The notes under the pieces: model-generated
Told to the model about the DNA's origin: nothing
Databases searched by the model: none
The model's input: the letters and a program-made list of their open reading frames with translations, nothing else
Shown here: in pieces, positions 26,733-40,783 of the stretch
How the letters are laid out: every line of letters starts with the position of its first letter
Position numbering within the stretch: the stretch's first letter is position 1
Origin: Botryllus schlosseri
Taxonomy: Eukaryota
Direction of reading: 5' to 3'
Length of the DNA stretch: 64,000 nt
NCBI GenBank assembly: GCA_051294905.1
Contig: CM119371.1
Location: forward strand, 32,986,001-33,050,000
Made by a program: the position numbers and the translations under genes

Positions 26733-29700
26733 GTGTACATACAATGGGCCGGTGTACAAACATCATGGAAAACAAATTCATGTTCTCAAGTCTCATCATG
26801 TGACGACTCTGTACATTCAATGTGGGCATAGATGAGGAGTTGTATGTATGGAATGTACAGAGTCGTCGCATGATGAGACTTGAGAAAATGAATTTGTTTT
26901 CCATGATGTTTGTACACCGGCCCATTGTATGTACACCTCGTTTACGCGAATACTTGTGAACAATCGTGACGTACTTGATGTGGTGTATGCATTGGTATTT
27001 TTCTTGGAGACAAAACACGGTCTGTAACTTAAATATTGGTCGTTGGTTCATGAGTGAATATCCGGATCCGGTCCACATACTTTCTTATAGTCATCCGGTT
27101 TCAGTTGACTGGAGCGACATGTATTGACCGGTAAAGACACAATATAGTAAACAGACCTGAGGAAACTCACAAGTAACCCGGGGTTGTTAGCGCGATGGGG
27201 AACATAAATTCATCCGTTTTCCGAACACCATTATCCGTGTACAAACCAGTTACCAATGTCGCCGAGGGGTGTTTAATTCAGACATTTTGACTCTGGACAA
27301 TCCAAAGCACGAACCCGGACATCACAGACCTATCGAAGCCTATTGTCCAATTTCCAAAACATGCATTTCGGTGTACAAGAGTATATTGTATGATGGTTAA
27401 CCGATGATATTGATGTGATACGACCGATGCGGGTATACTCTGAAACCGGTTGTCCGTGTATATTTTCGTCACTGTTCGTTGTAATCAATTTCCAACTGTC
27501 GTCAATACAACAAATACCAAATTGCCGGGTGTGGTTGTCAGAGTTCCAAGTGAAAACGGTATTGCCGCTCTAGGAAAAGCTAGATGGCCAAGTGAGCCTG
27601 TATTGTTACACTGGGTAAACGCCAGATCTCCAAATGAAAAGGATGTTTTTACTAAGGAAAACGACGGACCGCCGAGTGAAAATGGTTTGTTGTTGAGGGA
27701 AAAATATATTTCCAAGTGAAAATGGTTTGTTGCTCAGGGATAAAAAAATATATTTCCAAGTGAAAATGGTTTGTTGTTGAGGGAAAAATATATTTCCAAG
27801 TGAAAATGGTTTGTTGCTCAGGGATAAAAAAATATATTTCCAAGTGAAAAAAGGTTTGTTACCCAGGGAAAAAATATATTTCCAAGCGAAAAAGGTTTGT
27901 TACCCAGGGAAAAATATATTTCCAAGCGAAAAAGGTTTCTTACTCTGGGTAAACGTCAGATCTCCAAAGGAAAATGATATGTTTAGTCAGATAAACGATG
28001 GACTGCCAAGTGAAAGTGGTAATTTTACATAGGTAAACATCGTGGGTTCAGTGTTGTTGGTCTTGTTAAACGTAGCTGTGGAGTTGTACAATATACTTGT
28101 CGTCGTGAATATACAATTACGAAGGGAGAGAATGAAATTGCTATTATGAGTGCCAGAAGGTTGTTGTGTGTAGATTTGACAGTAACCCTATCATTCGCAT
28201 ATGACAAACACAATCATGGTCATTAACTAACTTGCTCGGTATTGACCAATGCAAAAGAGATGATTGGTTTTTTGAAACCGTAGCGAAGACCACATGTAAA
28301 TCTATGCGATAGACCTCTACCTCCTTACATTCAGTCGTGTCGTTTCCATTTTAATACGGACCCCCACATGTATGACATGCACACACTAACGCCGTAAACA
28401 GAAGTCGATGATTTAGATTAATAAAATATTTCTTGACTACATCGGAATGTCGATGTTGTAGAAAGTAAATACTATTATGGTGTTGTGTGTTTAATGAAAG
28501 CGATTGGTTACAAGTATGTTTTGGGAAAATAAAATTTATTTTTCTGAATGTGGCAGTTTGTGAAGTAATGAAAATATATCCGTGGTTTTAATTGGATTGT
28601 GATTGCGCTGTTTTAATGTATGCTTCAACATGGAGACTTGACGATGAACAACAACTCGATACACTAAACAATTTGTCACTGGTGTGCAAAGGGTTAGGAA
28701 ATTTTAATACAGCTCCATCTACTGGTTGTTTTGTTGTGAGGCCAATCATGTGATGACTCAGCACTTTTCGGTAGCAAAGTAGATTGATCTATGTGAAAGA
28801 TGTAAGGACCGTGACTAGAAAACATATGTACTCTGTTGTTGGAGTATCTGGTTTATTGTTCTGACATTGACAGAACCCTCGGGAAGTGGGTATGCTTTTC
28901 TTTCACGAAAGTTTACGCGGCTCCGTTGTAATGAATTTGTGTTAACTAAACTTGGATGGATACCGCAATTGTGCTCGACTTACACATGATATTCGCATAC
29001 TGTACGCATACAAACTTTTGTGTAAACAACTCTGATGTTTCTGTTCGTACTAGTTCTGTGTTGAACTATTTGATTATTAAGATACATGAACAACCATTCA
29101 GACAATAAAGTTCTTTTGACATCGAAACAGTTTGAAAGCGTCACCAATCATTGTACAGGTTCGTAGCATGGGAATATCGAATATTTTCGTGTGTCATGAA
29201 TATCTTTCTTATACACTTAGTATGAAATGAGATAATAATTAGTGTCCTACAAAAGTAAAACATGTTGTGTTTGATTGCATACTTTTCATCGTTGTTCGTT
29301 GTTGAAAGATGGACGAGGTTACATTTACATATTGTAAGCGGAACAACTCAAGTAATAAATTTTACTCGTTTGAAAATCGACTCCTTTGAAAATGTCGATC
29401 AATGGAGTAGCAGTATCAATATGAGTGGTATATTATTTGTTCGTGATATGCAACCAACCTTCTAAGTATAACTTGTCAAAAATTTATCATGTCATAGAAA
29501 AGTCGGTTGGTACGAATTCGACACAAATGTACTTCGATTATTACGATGATGGAAATTACGTTCAACGGAGTATTTCGAAGTAGTATATTCAGCAATTACT
29601 AAATAACAAAAAAAATATCAAACTGTGCATACAACTCGGTTAGGTAAACGATACAGTTACAAATCGGATGTAAGCTAGATTTACAGATGACAGCCTGATG

Positions 29701-32700
29701 ATGTAAAGCTCAACCATTACAGTGTGTTTTTGCAAAGTATTTGACACAAACAAAATATTGAATAATGACCTACACCACGTTTTCATTACCAAGTGAGGGG
29801 AAATTGTTTTCGATTGGATGGATATGATTTACATTTAGAAAAGCGATATAGACCGATTAAGCGACGCTGTTTCAAATCCGTCGAGTGAGTGGAATTTCTT
29901 AGGGTTTGATTTAGCGAGTTAATTACCGGCGATTCAATCACATACAAGTAACGTCTTTTAGCGACGGAGTATTGTGATGACATTTACTTTAGCGAATGAC
30001 AACGGAGAAATTTTCGATTGCATAGTCGGTGTATGTGTTACACAAATAATTCTAGTACACCTAACTATAGGACACATTTGCCAAACATCGTACAAATTGT
30101 TTCTTTGTTATGGTAACGACTTTCAGCGGCTTGGTCTCATGTCGGGAATTATTATTTGAGGGTTCAAAAACAATTTCAATCAATACTACAAACGACCAAC
30201 AATGCAAAACACGCTTAGCAAATTACAGTGTAGCAAGTACTTCCTTGATATTACGAGTGTTGTGCACTAGCCATTTCTAGCTGAATTGAATGCATCTAGC
30301 AAACATATTCCAATTTACTTTTGAAATGATCAAAGTCTTGCAACCTCGCGATATTTTACATTTAGCACGTTCTATAGAAAGTGTGAACGGAGTTGAGTAT
30401 CAATCGTGTACTTGGGATAGTGCTTTGATATCAAAGAGATATTTTCACACTGTGTAATGTTTCGATTCTCTGTTGCGAATTCTGACAGTAACGACGTTGA
30501 TGTTAAATCCTCACTCTTGGTCGTTGTAAGCGAATCCTAAACATCGCAACAGTCGGTCTGGAGGTCGAACGCATGCATACTTTTAGATAGGCGACACTAA
30601 CAAGTTTATTACATCCGTGAAATACTCTGAAACGTCGATTCGTGATTGTGTTAGCTATATTCATCTTCCATATCTGTGCCGGACGCAAAGATTTCTTAAC
30701 TTTGGTTACAGCTCATTCGTAACTAATTGTTGTGTGCAATCTAATAAAGCGCAAGTCGAAGACGAATGATTTGATTTCAATGAACTAAAAAGTCCTTTTT
30801 TTGGCGTTGGGTTTAATACAATTTGTATGACTATAACGAATCCGATTCCAAAAGTGCAATGTTACATTTAACAAAAAGTTTGACGACTTATATTCTGATA
30901 TTTATAGATGTGAAAAGTAATATGACTAGTTTATAAAATCTCGGTATTGTTCTTTGTCGTGTCTGTGTTCAACAAATATGTGATCAATTCTTACCACTCG
31001 ATATTAACTTTCCCAGTCGGCGTAAGCGATAATTTGTAGGAGTAACAATATCGACGAGTTCAATAATATTCTCTATCGATGCATTCGAATAATCTGTCAG
31101 CTTCCAGAGGGATTAAAAATTTGATGTCGTTTTGTGGTTAACTCAAGTCAGTGACTGCGTTTGTGTTGATTTCAGGAATGATCATGACGTGCTGGCCGGG
31201 TAAATTAGTTAATGTGGTTGTAACTATGACCGTAAAGAGTTGCTGACATTCCAATATCTTTTACGCTGTAATATACGGATTCACTTGTGATAATTTAATT
31301 CTCAGTTATTGTTCAGACATTCAAATCTCGTATACTCAAAATGTAATAGACTATGTCAAGTCGTGTATGTACCGATTAGTAAATACTTTGTCTTACAGAA
31401 TAGTAACGACCTTTATTTACAGTTGAATAAAAATTATCGGTCGTGTGAATAATTATTATTAATTCAAGTTTGCGAGTTGTAGTGATATAATCAAGTAAGT
31501 GAAAACTAGATTTTAACATCGGTTAATGTTGAGAATAATTCTTTTGAGTATGCTAAAATGTCTCTTTGGCAAACGGAAAGCCAGATCACGAATAGAGTTG
31601 TAATGTTTCATTACATGTTTCAAATCAATGTGCGTATAATTTCGAAATGTGACTGGGCGAAAGTTGGTAGTTATGTTTGTCAATCTATTTCAATTCAGAC
31701 TATGTCAAAGTCGAGATATTTCATTTTGGATTACCCGAATTTACCTTTAGTACATCCTGCGAATGGATTCCGACGCCACACTATAACATTTTTTTATAAT
31801 AAGGACTCAACGATTTTCAATCAACAATTCCTGGATTTTTTGGTAATGCTAGAGTTGGCAAATGATAAGTTGCGTGGTTTTGTTAAGCGTTTGATTTCTC
31901 AGAAATAAATACAATGATTGTATGTGCATACTTGCGATTCTTGATTCTTGTTTAGTTAGTTGGTATTGATTCTATAGGTGTGAAACAGCGACAAACTGCT
32001 TACGAAAATTTCACCGCGTGAGCGATCGATGCCTGTAGCACCAAGTCGCGAAAGATGGCTATGCCCGAGACATACTGTTGTCAGCGATTGCGGGGATTTG
32101 TAAACTATTTCACACCTATTTGGAGTGTTAGCATGTGAACGCGGCTATTGTTGGTATTGGAATCACCGTCTACGCCGGCTCTGCGACAAACTAATTATTA
32201 AAATATTACTTGTGCGTGATTCCTGTCTCTGTAACACCAAACCACGAGAGATGGCTGTCTGATGTGTTATCCTGTCAGCGCTCGTAGGATTTTACAAATA
32301 TTTCACACCTATTTGAAGTGTTAATTTGTGTCCGTTGGTATTGTTGATATTCGAATCGCCGTCTACGCCGGCTCTGTGGTAAACTAATCACCCAAACATT
32401 ACCATGCGAGTAATTCCTAGATTTTGCAAACTATTTTCACACCTGAAACGACGACATGCCACCCGCAGTCTATAACCGAAAGTACGAATCACCGCAGCGT
32501 CCATAAGAATAACGATATATCATTGTCGCACTCACCATAAACGTTAGGATCAACTCGAACCGGTCATATATAATAATTTGTGACGTATACATTAACTAAG
32601 AACCATTCACGTCACTATTTACCATACCTGATACATTTTCAACACCGTGCCGCCGCAGCCTATACCCACAACGTTAGTCAAATCATCTCTACCTGAAAGG

Positions 32701-32942
32701 TCACCATGTCACCGCGCCTATACCTGAAAAGGTAACCGTGTCACCACGAGTTTTCACGGCACCGTGCCGCCGCAGCCTATACCCGAAAAGGTAACCATGC
32801 GACCCCCGCCATAAGACACAATGGCACCGTGCGACCGCAGCCATAAGAGATAAGGGTCACCGTGCCACCCCCGGTTTCTCGGCACCGTGCGACCGCACCC
32901 ATAAGAGCCCCACCCACCTCACGACCGATCTACTATACTACT

Positions 32943-33318
32943 ATCGGGTAAGTCTAGAGGTACATCAGTTATGACAGCACGTACTTCTGGGGTTTTCGTC
33001 TTGTATAATTCAGTTTTGACTTCTATTGGTTTTGCCGCAGTGCCAAGGTTATTGCAAGCCAAAAGTCTTGTCACCTGGTCGTAGTTGTTACATAATACGC
33101 TCAAATCTCCGGATGGAAGTATCCTTACCTCCTTATATGCACCACCTAGTAGCTTTTGTTGACAAGAATAGGATTATAAGAGCGAAGCTGTTTAGTCAAG
33201 CCTGTCACTATGACCGATTGATTTCCACCGACCGAATTACTAGATGCAGCCTCTTTAGAAGCAGGACCAGAGAGTTCCTCTTCAGCGGAGCGCATCTGCG
33301 CCTCTTTTTTCCTGACAT
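32943..33318 (-). pseudogene. LINE ORF1, N-terminal part
   Basis: Reads ...VLCNNYDQVTRLLACNNLG...EVRAVITDVPLDLPD and continues as DNDIREELY at 6129 downward; candidate ATG at 33318-33316; frameshifts present. Confidence 0.8.
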
Positions 33319-34089
33319 TAAGGCTCCCTATCTACTGCGGTATTACTATACAAGCAAGACAAACAATAGAACGACCGCACCTGATACGAAGTCTCCCAGA
33401 CCAATCTCCTTTGTGTTCGCGAGGAAGCTAATCTCCTTGATTGCTGCACGTCCGTCCTCGACGAAGCTCACCACGCTGTGATGTGTTGAGGGTGTGATTT
33501 TTCGTCAAAGATTGGAGCGTGACCAGACCATATTTGTATTCATATTTTTGGAATCAGTGCGGCCAAAGCTTTCGATCAAGACCAGAGTCAGTACCGTATT
33601 TTCTGCGCTCTGGAAGTTAACTTTGGGATTGCCAGAAATCCTACAGTCGCTTACGCAAAAGAATTCTCCACTCCAGCCTCAGCGAAGCGGAACGAAGCTG
33701 CAAAATCGTTCGTGGCCATTCCATGTTTACATTCTACATGTTTACATAGTATGACCGGATGACCGTATACTGATATCGACCGAAAACGAAGAGTTCTAAT
33801 AGAAATTAGGATATGCACACAAAATAAAACAAAAAGCCATTACCATGTATATATACACAACACATTTCAAGTAAGGATGTTGAGATTCGTCACTGCAACA
33901 TTTCAAAGCATGTTTAGAAATTCACGATTGCTCTTATTGCGAATATAGGATCTACCTTTACTGCTATATGTTCCAAGTGACGCCCCAGGGTCCCTCAGTT
34001 CGACAGGGGATAATCTACTATTTACATTTTCATACATCCAAACCTATCGACTGCAATTGAAGACGACACCACGATATTATTTTTTGCAG

Positions 34090-35484
34090 AATATACGTCT
34101 ATAGTTGATGCAGTGAACGAAAATGCTCGTGTGAGGACGCGAGATAGAATTCTTGATAACTTCAAGCTTGAGGATCTTCAAAATCCTGGATTCCGCGTTA
34201 ACCCTCAAATGAGGAGACTTACAACGAGCGGTTTTTACAGGTTTAGTAGTTTCAATTACATAGATATATTCGAAAGTAAGACAAAAATGGTTAAATCCCA
34301 ACTATGCTACGGAGTTCCTTATCAGGTTGAACGTTCATATGTAACGATTGAAAAGTTAATCAATGAAAGGAAAGAGTCGGCTCCTTCAATAACCGCTATT
34401 GTTGGACCTGCCGGGTCTGGAAAAACAACTTTATTGCGTCGAATGGCGCGTCAAAACCTCGAAATGTCGATGAAGAGTAATCAGAGCCACAACGAATACA
34501 AGAGTAAGCCACGAATGATACATTATGTTGAGCTAAAAAATTTACGATACACGGATAGGATAAAACCTTCAAAATTTCTGTTTGGATGTCTATATAACAA
34601 CAAAGTCGACCAACAGCGCGCATATCAGTGGCTCAATGAAAACCAGTCGCAAGTTGTTCTTTATCTCGACGGTTTGGACCAGGCAATATGGAGGATTGAC
34701 GATCCAGCCTGTGAGGAATTGTTTCCGAGTACACGCGGGAGTCCGTCATTAATTATGTACAATCTACTTTCACGAAATTTACTTCCTGGTGTAGAAATAG
34801 TCCTGTCATCTCGTGAATTCAGACTAGCGGAACTACCTCGGGATGCACGACCCACCCAATTCGTAACTCTTGAAGGCTTCACACGGGACGACGCTAAAAC
34901 TCTTTTTATATCCCTGATCGGCGATAGAGGGGATGATGTGTGGAATAAAATGAACTCAATGCCGTCGGCTTTGCTCACTTTATTATCCGTACCAGTGTTT
35001 CTTATTTTAACGGCAATTGTTATGGCTAGAGATCCAACAAGACCTCCTCCCAAAAAAGTCACTGATTTGTACGAAAGAATCATATCAGCCCTTCGCCACG
35101 TGGAGAACTTTCGTATTCTCCGAGATAACAAGGAAGTAATACCAAAGTTGAAAGCAATGGCGCATCAAGGCATGATTGAAGGACGTATCTTATTTTATGA
35201 GGAGGACATGATCCGATTCAAACTATCGACGAGTGATACCCGGGACCTGATGCTGAAAATCCCGGGCAACAAGATGATATCCAGCTACCTATTAGCGGGG
35301 GATTTCATACATTTCTTCTGTCACCAGAGTATTCAAGAATTTCTTGCAGCTTGCTTTGTTGCCGAAATGGAAACAAAAATGTTCTCTGATTTCATAGAGA
35401 AATTTATCCATGAAAATGGATGGTCGGTGGTTCGCAGATTTGTGTATGGCATCGTATTCCGTGAGTCCAGAAATGACGATAAAG
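34090..35484 (+). CDS. Large exon encoding a NACHT NTPase domain (NLR-like protein)
   Basis: Walker A GPAGSGKTT, Walker B VVLYLDGLD, sensor-like VLSSRE, LEGF, PVFL and winged-helix FFCHQSIQEFLAA; acceptor TTTTTGCAG ends at 34089 and donor GTGAGT starts at 35485 (phase 1-1). Confidence 0.9.
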
Positions 35485-36125
35485 GTGAGTCGCTTTCATG
35501 ATTCTCTTCTGTATATAAATGCCAGACTTGTACCAACAGTTGCGTTATTTATATCACTATTTCTCAACCATCGGTCTGCTACCTGCTTGTCCGCTGAATA
35601 TATTAGAATTTTTATCTTGCTTCCTGAAGGCATGAAATTGACGCCTGTCCATGAATAAGAGAAATAAAATATGAAATTTTCAATGGATTCAGAGAATTGA
35701 AACGTATTTGCATGTATGTCGTCGTACTAGATGAGCGCTTTCCAACCTGGTGGATCGCCAACCTCTATCATTTGGGTCTCGAAGAATTTCTAATGTTACC
35801 GTTTCCCGATAAATTTGCAAATTCCAAACACTTAATCTTCATAAGATTAGACGAGCAAATACACATTTCCTCTTTTAAGTTATATTGCGCCATTAGTGCC
35901 ACAAGCTAAGTCCCTGCGGTCGCAATAATTTGTGAGTCATATTTTCGTGACAATCATTTGATTGGAGCGAGAAAACTGATAGTGCGTTATTGTGTATGCA
36001 TGAGAATTCGAATTGGCAGCAATCCAGCCCGATTTGTGGCTGTAGTCAGCAAACAATTGTCTCGACGCAAGGTACTCACAACTGCTTCGTTTTCGACATA
36101 AAAGACAAACTACTGATTGGATATA

Positions 36126-37087
36126 GGGGAGATGTGGTACCGATGGATCAAAAATTGCAAAATGATCTCTGGCCCTCAAATCTTCAACCGAGAATAGCAA
36201 ATCTTTTGCTGTCTCAACACTTCGATACAAGCTTTACCTATCGCGGACATTTACATGAATATCCGCCTTTTCAAAAAATATTTATAAGCGTTTAAAATTT
36301 GTTGCTCGAACGTGTCATCGGTCCCCACCCGGTGGGTCCAAAGGCACACGACCATGGGACCTATGAGACATGAGCTCAAAAACTCAAATTTGTTAACTTG
36401 TTTTGTTGTGTACTATAAGCTAAGCTACAGCAAGCCAATGAAGAATGTTTCGTCGCGACCTTAAAAAAGAAAATAGACTATATCAACTCAAATGTTGGCA
36501 TAAAATGATGTTTTGATTTACGCCTAAACTTACAAAATTAATGCCACATACATATTACCCGCAAATCGACATCTTGTCTTTCAAATACCTCGTAATAGCG
36601 ATAAAACACCACAGGTGACTATGATTTACAGCTTATATATATATAGGCGAGTTTCTGTTGTTAAGTGATTAGTTGGTCCATCTATTTTGCTTGATTTGGA
36701 TATGGTACCATAGGTCCCCCGCCCCGTAAATATTGTAATTGACTTGAAAATAGTCCACTCGAGGATGGTATTGATTCAAAAAATATGTGTCATTATATAC
36801 CCTGATACAAGCCCTATACTTCACATCAAAAATTATGGCGGGTTTGTTAGTCTGAACGGGGATATAGAAAAATGCAAATGTCGATCCAAATTTACTTTAC
36901 ACCCCCTAAAACGGAAATCATTCGTCACAGACCCCATAGCTCAAGCAGGTCGAATTTTTTTGCATGTGAGGAAAGATTCTGTCAGCATGTAATTGTAGAC
37001 AAAGTCACGGAGTGTAATCATGGAATTATCAAGGATAATTTTTCAAGTATTTTCGGTCCCAGTGATCCATCGGCACCACATCTCCCC
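36126..37087. mobile_element. Tc1/mariner-type (TA-TSD) MITE
   Basis: 25-bp TIRs GGGGAGATGTGGTACCGATGGATCA / TGATCCATCGGCACCACATCTCCCC (1 mismatch), flanked by TA on both sides. Confidence 0.8.
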
Positions 37088-38703
37088 TACCCGCTTTCCC
37101 GTTCGTTGTCGTTTGTGGTATTTGATTGACTACTCTGCTTTCTAACTCATCTTCAATTTCTACATCTTCGTCATTACGCCTTCTAACTTTAAGACGTCAC
37201 CGTCATCTTGATCGAAATCTTCGAGCGTAATGTAGTTTCCAGTTACACTGGATCAGATGAATGAGTCATTGAACGTATCGGTGACAGTAAATGTCATGTT
37301 TCTTTTTCTTGCTTTATCCTGCAGGGATCATCAAATCTATTGTCTAAAATTTTCTTGAATGATTACATCCGCTAACCAGAAATGGACCGAAGCATCGGCC
37401 AAGATCGCTACCAATACCTTTTTTCTGTTATAAAGCCCAATATAGGATTAAAGTGTGCATTTCTATAAGGCATGGATAAGCAATATGGCTACATTTGTGG
37501 AAATTTGCATAATTTGGTCAATTATTGTGGAGCAAGAACTTAACGCGATAAAAGAAAACCAGCGGCTTTGTTTGAATCAGCATATCAAAATTAGCCTAAA
37601 TCAAGTGCAAAATCAACAGATTTTTCGTTTGAAATTGTTGCCCAGTGTAGTATCCGTTTTGCGAGAGAGATGATTTTCATGGCATCACGCGAATCCCCTA
37701 TTGCCGTCGTTATTAACCTTTTCTTCCGTCCGCCCTTTCGGAAATAATCATGATTTGGCACCCCCAAACTGTAGTAAAGACGACAGGGTAGAGGTCTCAG
37801 TCCGGTCGCTTTTTCGGGTTTGGACTTGACTATCATTGGAAATATTTCGCACTCGAATCGCGCACAAAGAACACTCACTAAATTAACCATATAATATTTG
37901 TACCCACTATTTTCGGGATTGATTCGGCGACGTTATAGCTTTCGAAAACAGTGATGATTAGGTAATTATTGTGATCAGATAGCTTGAAATAATGTCTGCT
38001 GTACAAATGGCTCTCTCCCCCGCTCTAAAGAGTGGTATAGAATCAGCACGCTACCGGATTTCGAGACGAAGACTGACGCAATATATATTACCTAGTTCAA
38101 AACATTTCGTCGGAAAACCCCCTATACCCCCCTATAATGGATATTTTGCGATCAAAAAATACGCGCATTAAGCGCAAAACACATCTTAGATGTGATATAG
38201 TAATCAATGCATTCTTGAAATAAAACCATCGTCGGTAGGCCCTACCCGGCTGCAAAATATATACCTGGTTAAAAAAAAACTGTCTGGAGATGCCGGGAGT
38301 AAAGGGAGATGAGATTGAGATGAGAAATGAGATTTTTACGCGCATCATGCGTTAAAACACATGTCAGATGAAATATAAGTAACCATTGCATTCGCGGAAA
38401 CACTAAATACATCGTCAGTTTACTTGGCGCAAAGCGCAACGAAAATATTAGATAATTGACGATTTTATTTCGAATGAAAGTGTTTCTGCCCCCATCGAAG
38501 TCCAAATCGCCCCTAGGGAGCGCTGGTGACATGGTTAAGATTAAAAACCGCTGTCCTACTGCAGCACAGGACTGACTTGTGGTATTTTGAGTCACCAACA
38601 GATCTAATAAAAACATGATCGGTTTGCCACATATTGAACCGCGGCTAAGCCTCGAGAATATTTGTGAGGCCCCATAATATTAGGTCTATTATTATTCACA
38701 CAG

Positions 38704-39011
38704 CAGTCAGCGATAAAGCGGGAAAGCAGGACATTCTTATCAAATCGATAGAAGGAAAGTCACGATGTCTGGACAAAATGGAGTTGATGAAAGCTATCTT
38801 TGAATCGAATAACGACGAACTGATGAAAAATATCTCCTCGGTCAATGTATTTGGCCACTCTTTAAGCGTTGAAGAAGCTCATATCGTTGGATCTCTATCT
38901 GGTCAGATTCTGCGAAAGCGCAGTCTCGATCGTCTGGAATTTCGGCAGTGTGGGCTCGACGATGAACGTATGAATATTTTTATTAGAGAACTCCATGCTT
39001 CTCCAAATCAC
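38704..39011 (+). CDS. NLR-like gene, next exon (post-NACHT helical region and first LRR-like unit)
   Basis: CAG acceptor at 38701-38703 in phase 1, matching the previous donor; encodes ...MELMKAIFES...LDRLEFRQCGLDD...; donor GTGAGT at 39012 (phase 0). Confidence 0.78.
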
Positions 39012-40783
39012 GTGAGTCGTTATTACGTTATTTTCCACATTCTGTCACTGAATATAATTAGAGATATAAAACAGCAAATTATGAATTGATTGGAAAGTTT
39101 GGAACGCAATGCTCCGCATTATGACGTAATAGAGAGCCGGGCTGTAAACTCGGAGTAGGAATTTAGCTAAATTTTCACTCAATCGAGCCGGAGTCTAAAA
39201 AATGTATGATACGCGTCGGAGTAGTGAAAAAAGTACTTGCTGGAGTCGGGGTCGAAATTTGTGAAAATGCTCCTGACTCCGAATCCCACTCGATCTTCTT
39301 TAATACGAAAACAATGGCATTTAAAGGTATACGATTTTTATGTACCAAAAATCACTGTCATTGGTATAATTATCTTGATAAAATTCAACCAAGAAAAATA
39401 TACTGATGCAGTCAGAAATTGGTGCATTTTTTGTAATTTTAGCATTTTACTGTGAATGAGTAAGTGCATCGCCTAGTTTCTGTTAGCTACAAGATCAATT
39501 GCAAAATTGATGCAAATATAACGAAACGCTACTTCCGACTTTGCAAAATCAAAATTATTTCCAGTATGTAGCTCAGTCGCTTGGGTCGAACATATGAGGG
39601 CACGTATAGTTTTATTCCATGAATACTTGATCAAGTGGATGTAGACATTTGCTATTTGACTACTCCCTAAATTTCGTTTTTCAACCGTTTATTAGTAGTG
39701 AGATAGTGCATGTGTGCTGCTCATCAGTCCAGTGTGTAGTGATAAAATTCGTACATCGCCATCGTAGTTGCTGACTTGCATACAATAGTATTGTTTTTAT
39801 CCGAGCTTTAAATATACTTGTTGGGATATAGCAGTGCTCGTGAACCCTTGTTGTACGAAGAGCCATATTGGCCCTATTTTTTCCATCTCAACTCCCAATG
39901 ATCCATACATTCCAATCAACTGTTACGTCACAATTGAAAATTCGTGACGTCATGGTAGAACTAATTCGAACCCCCCATACATGGGATTCCTCCTGTGCGC
40001 CATATTTTATCTGTAAAAACTGGTATTAATTGTTCGAAAATAATGCTCGAAACGAGAGGTAAGGCACAAACGAGCCAAGCTTCACCATTGATAACGCAAT
40101 TCCTCGTAACTAGCTTAGAATTTATTATAACTGATATTAATCGAATGGGACTGTCACACTGATTCCGAAAATCTAAATACTTATCGACTTCTCAGTTCTC
40201 AAAGTATTCGGCGGTAACATAACTTTGCGCTACACGCCTAAATTTTATGGCCGGGACTACGGAGCTTTACCTACCAATCAAGAACGTGGATATAGCTATG
40301 ATGTTGTTCATAATTCGAGTTTGTAACACTCACATCCACTATCCACAACAGTTCATTTCGCGCCGTAGATCAGGAAGACAATGTGTATTTGAAAATTGCG
40401 TTTGGAAATGGACGTCGCCATGTCTGCTATGCTCTTTGCTCAGTCAACGTATCGCCTAATTGAAGAGTTCGAGCCTGGTTACATACAATTCGCGAGTGAT
40501 GTTGGCCGCCGGCGTGACAGTAACATAAATTTGATGATTTTGAAAAGAGGAGTTCCGAGTCAATAAACCTGATGACGACATTCTCTTTACCTCTCAAATA
40601 CATGTTTATACTGCCCCGAGAATATTCATTCTAGTCGTGATGAAAATATACCAACAAGTCGTTGTAATATTGATTAATTCAGTACAATATTAAATATTTG
40701 GCATAGAGCCATATCTTATACCCAAAGGAGCCATATATGGCTCGCGAGCCATGGGTTCCTGACCACCGGAATATAGGCTATAT

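Larger units (their letters stand above)
6130..32942. mobile_element. Outer giant fold-back element with Polinton/Maverick-type ends, non-autonomous (~12.7 kb once its two nested insertions are removed)
   Basis: Starts AGTAGTATAGTAGATCGGTCG and ends CGACCGATCTACTATACTACT; 6-bp TSD ATCGGA (6124-6129) / ATCGGG (32943-32948). Left arm (6130-11233 + 24680-26113 + 26741-26818) mirrors right arm (26851-32942); loop 26819-26850. Confidence 0.88.
464..33318 (-). mobile_element. Decayed I-group (I/Nimb-like) non-LTR retrotransposon, interrupted by a hAT MITE (2317-3459) and a Polinton-like element (6130-32942); UTR limits not defined
   Basis: Domain order ORF1 (3x CCHC) - APE - RT - RNase H - C-terminal Zn knuckle on the minus strand; reading frames rejoin across both insertions. 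Confidence 0.92.

Noticed and set aside
7729..31908. The many 60-116-aa ORFs in the arms as genes
   Set aside because: Short and motif-less, many start at non-ATG codons, they are duplicated only because of the mirror symmetry, and they are not conserved between the inner and outer elements
6130..32942. Palindromes as assembly or fold-back read artefacts
   Set aside because: TSDs at both ends of both elements, arm-specific insertions with empty mirror sites, arm substitutions and the rejoining LINE frame are not expected from chimeric reads; read-level confirmation is still advisable
33026..33754. Plus-strand ORFs of 151 and 86 aa
   Set aside because: Antisense to the LINE ORF1/5' region, non-ATG starts, no motifs
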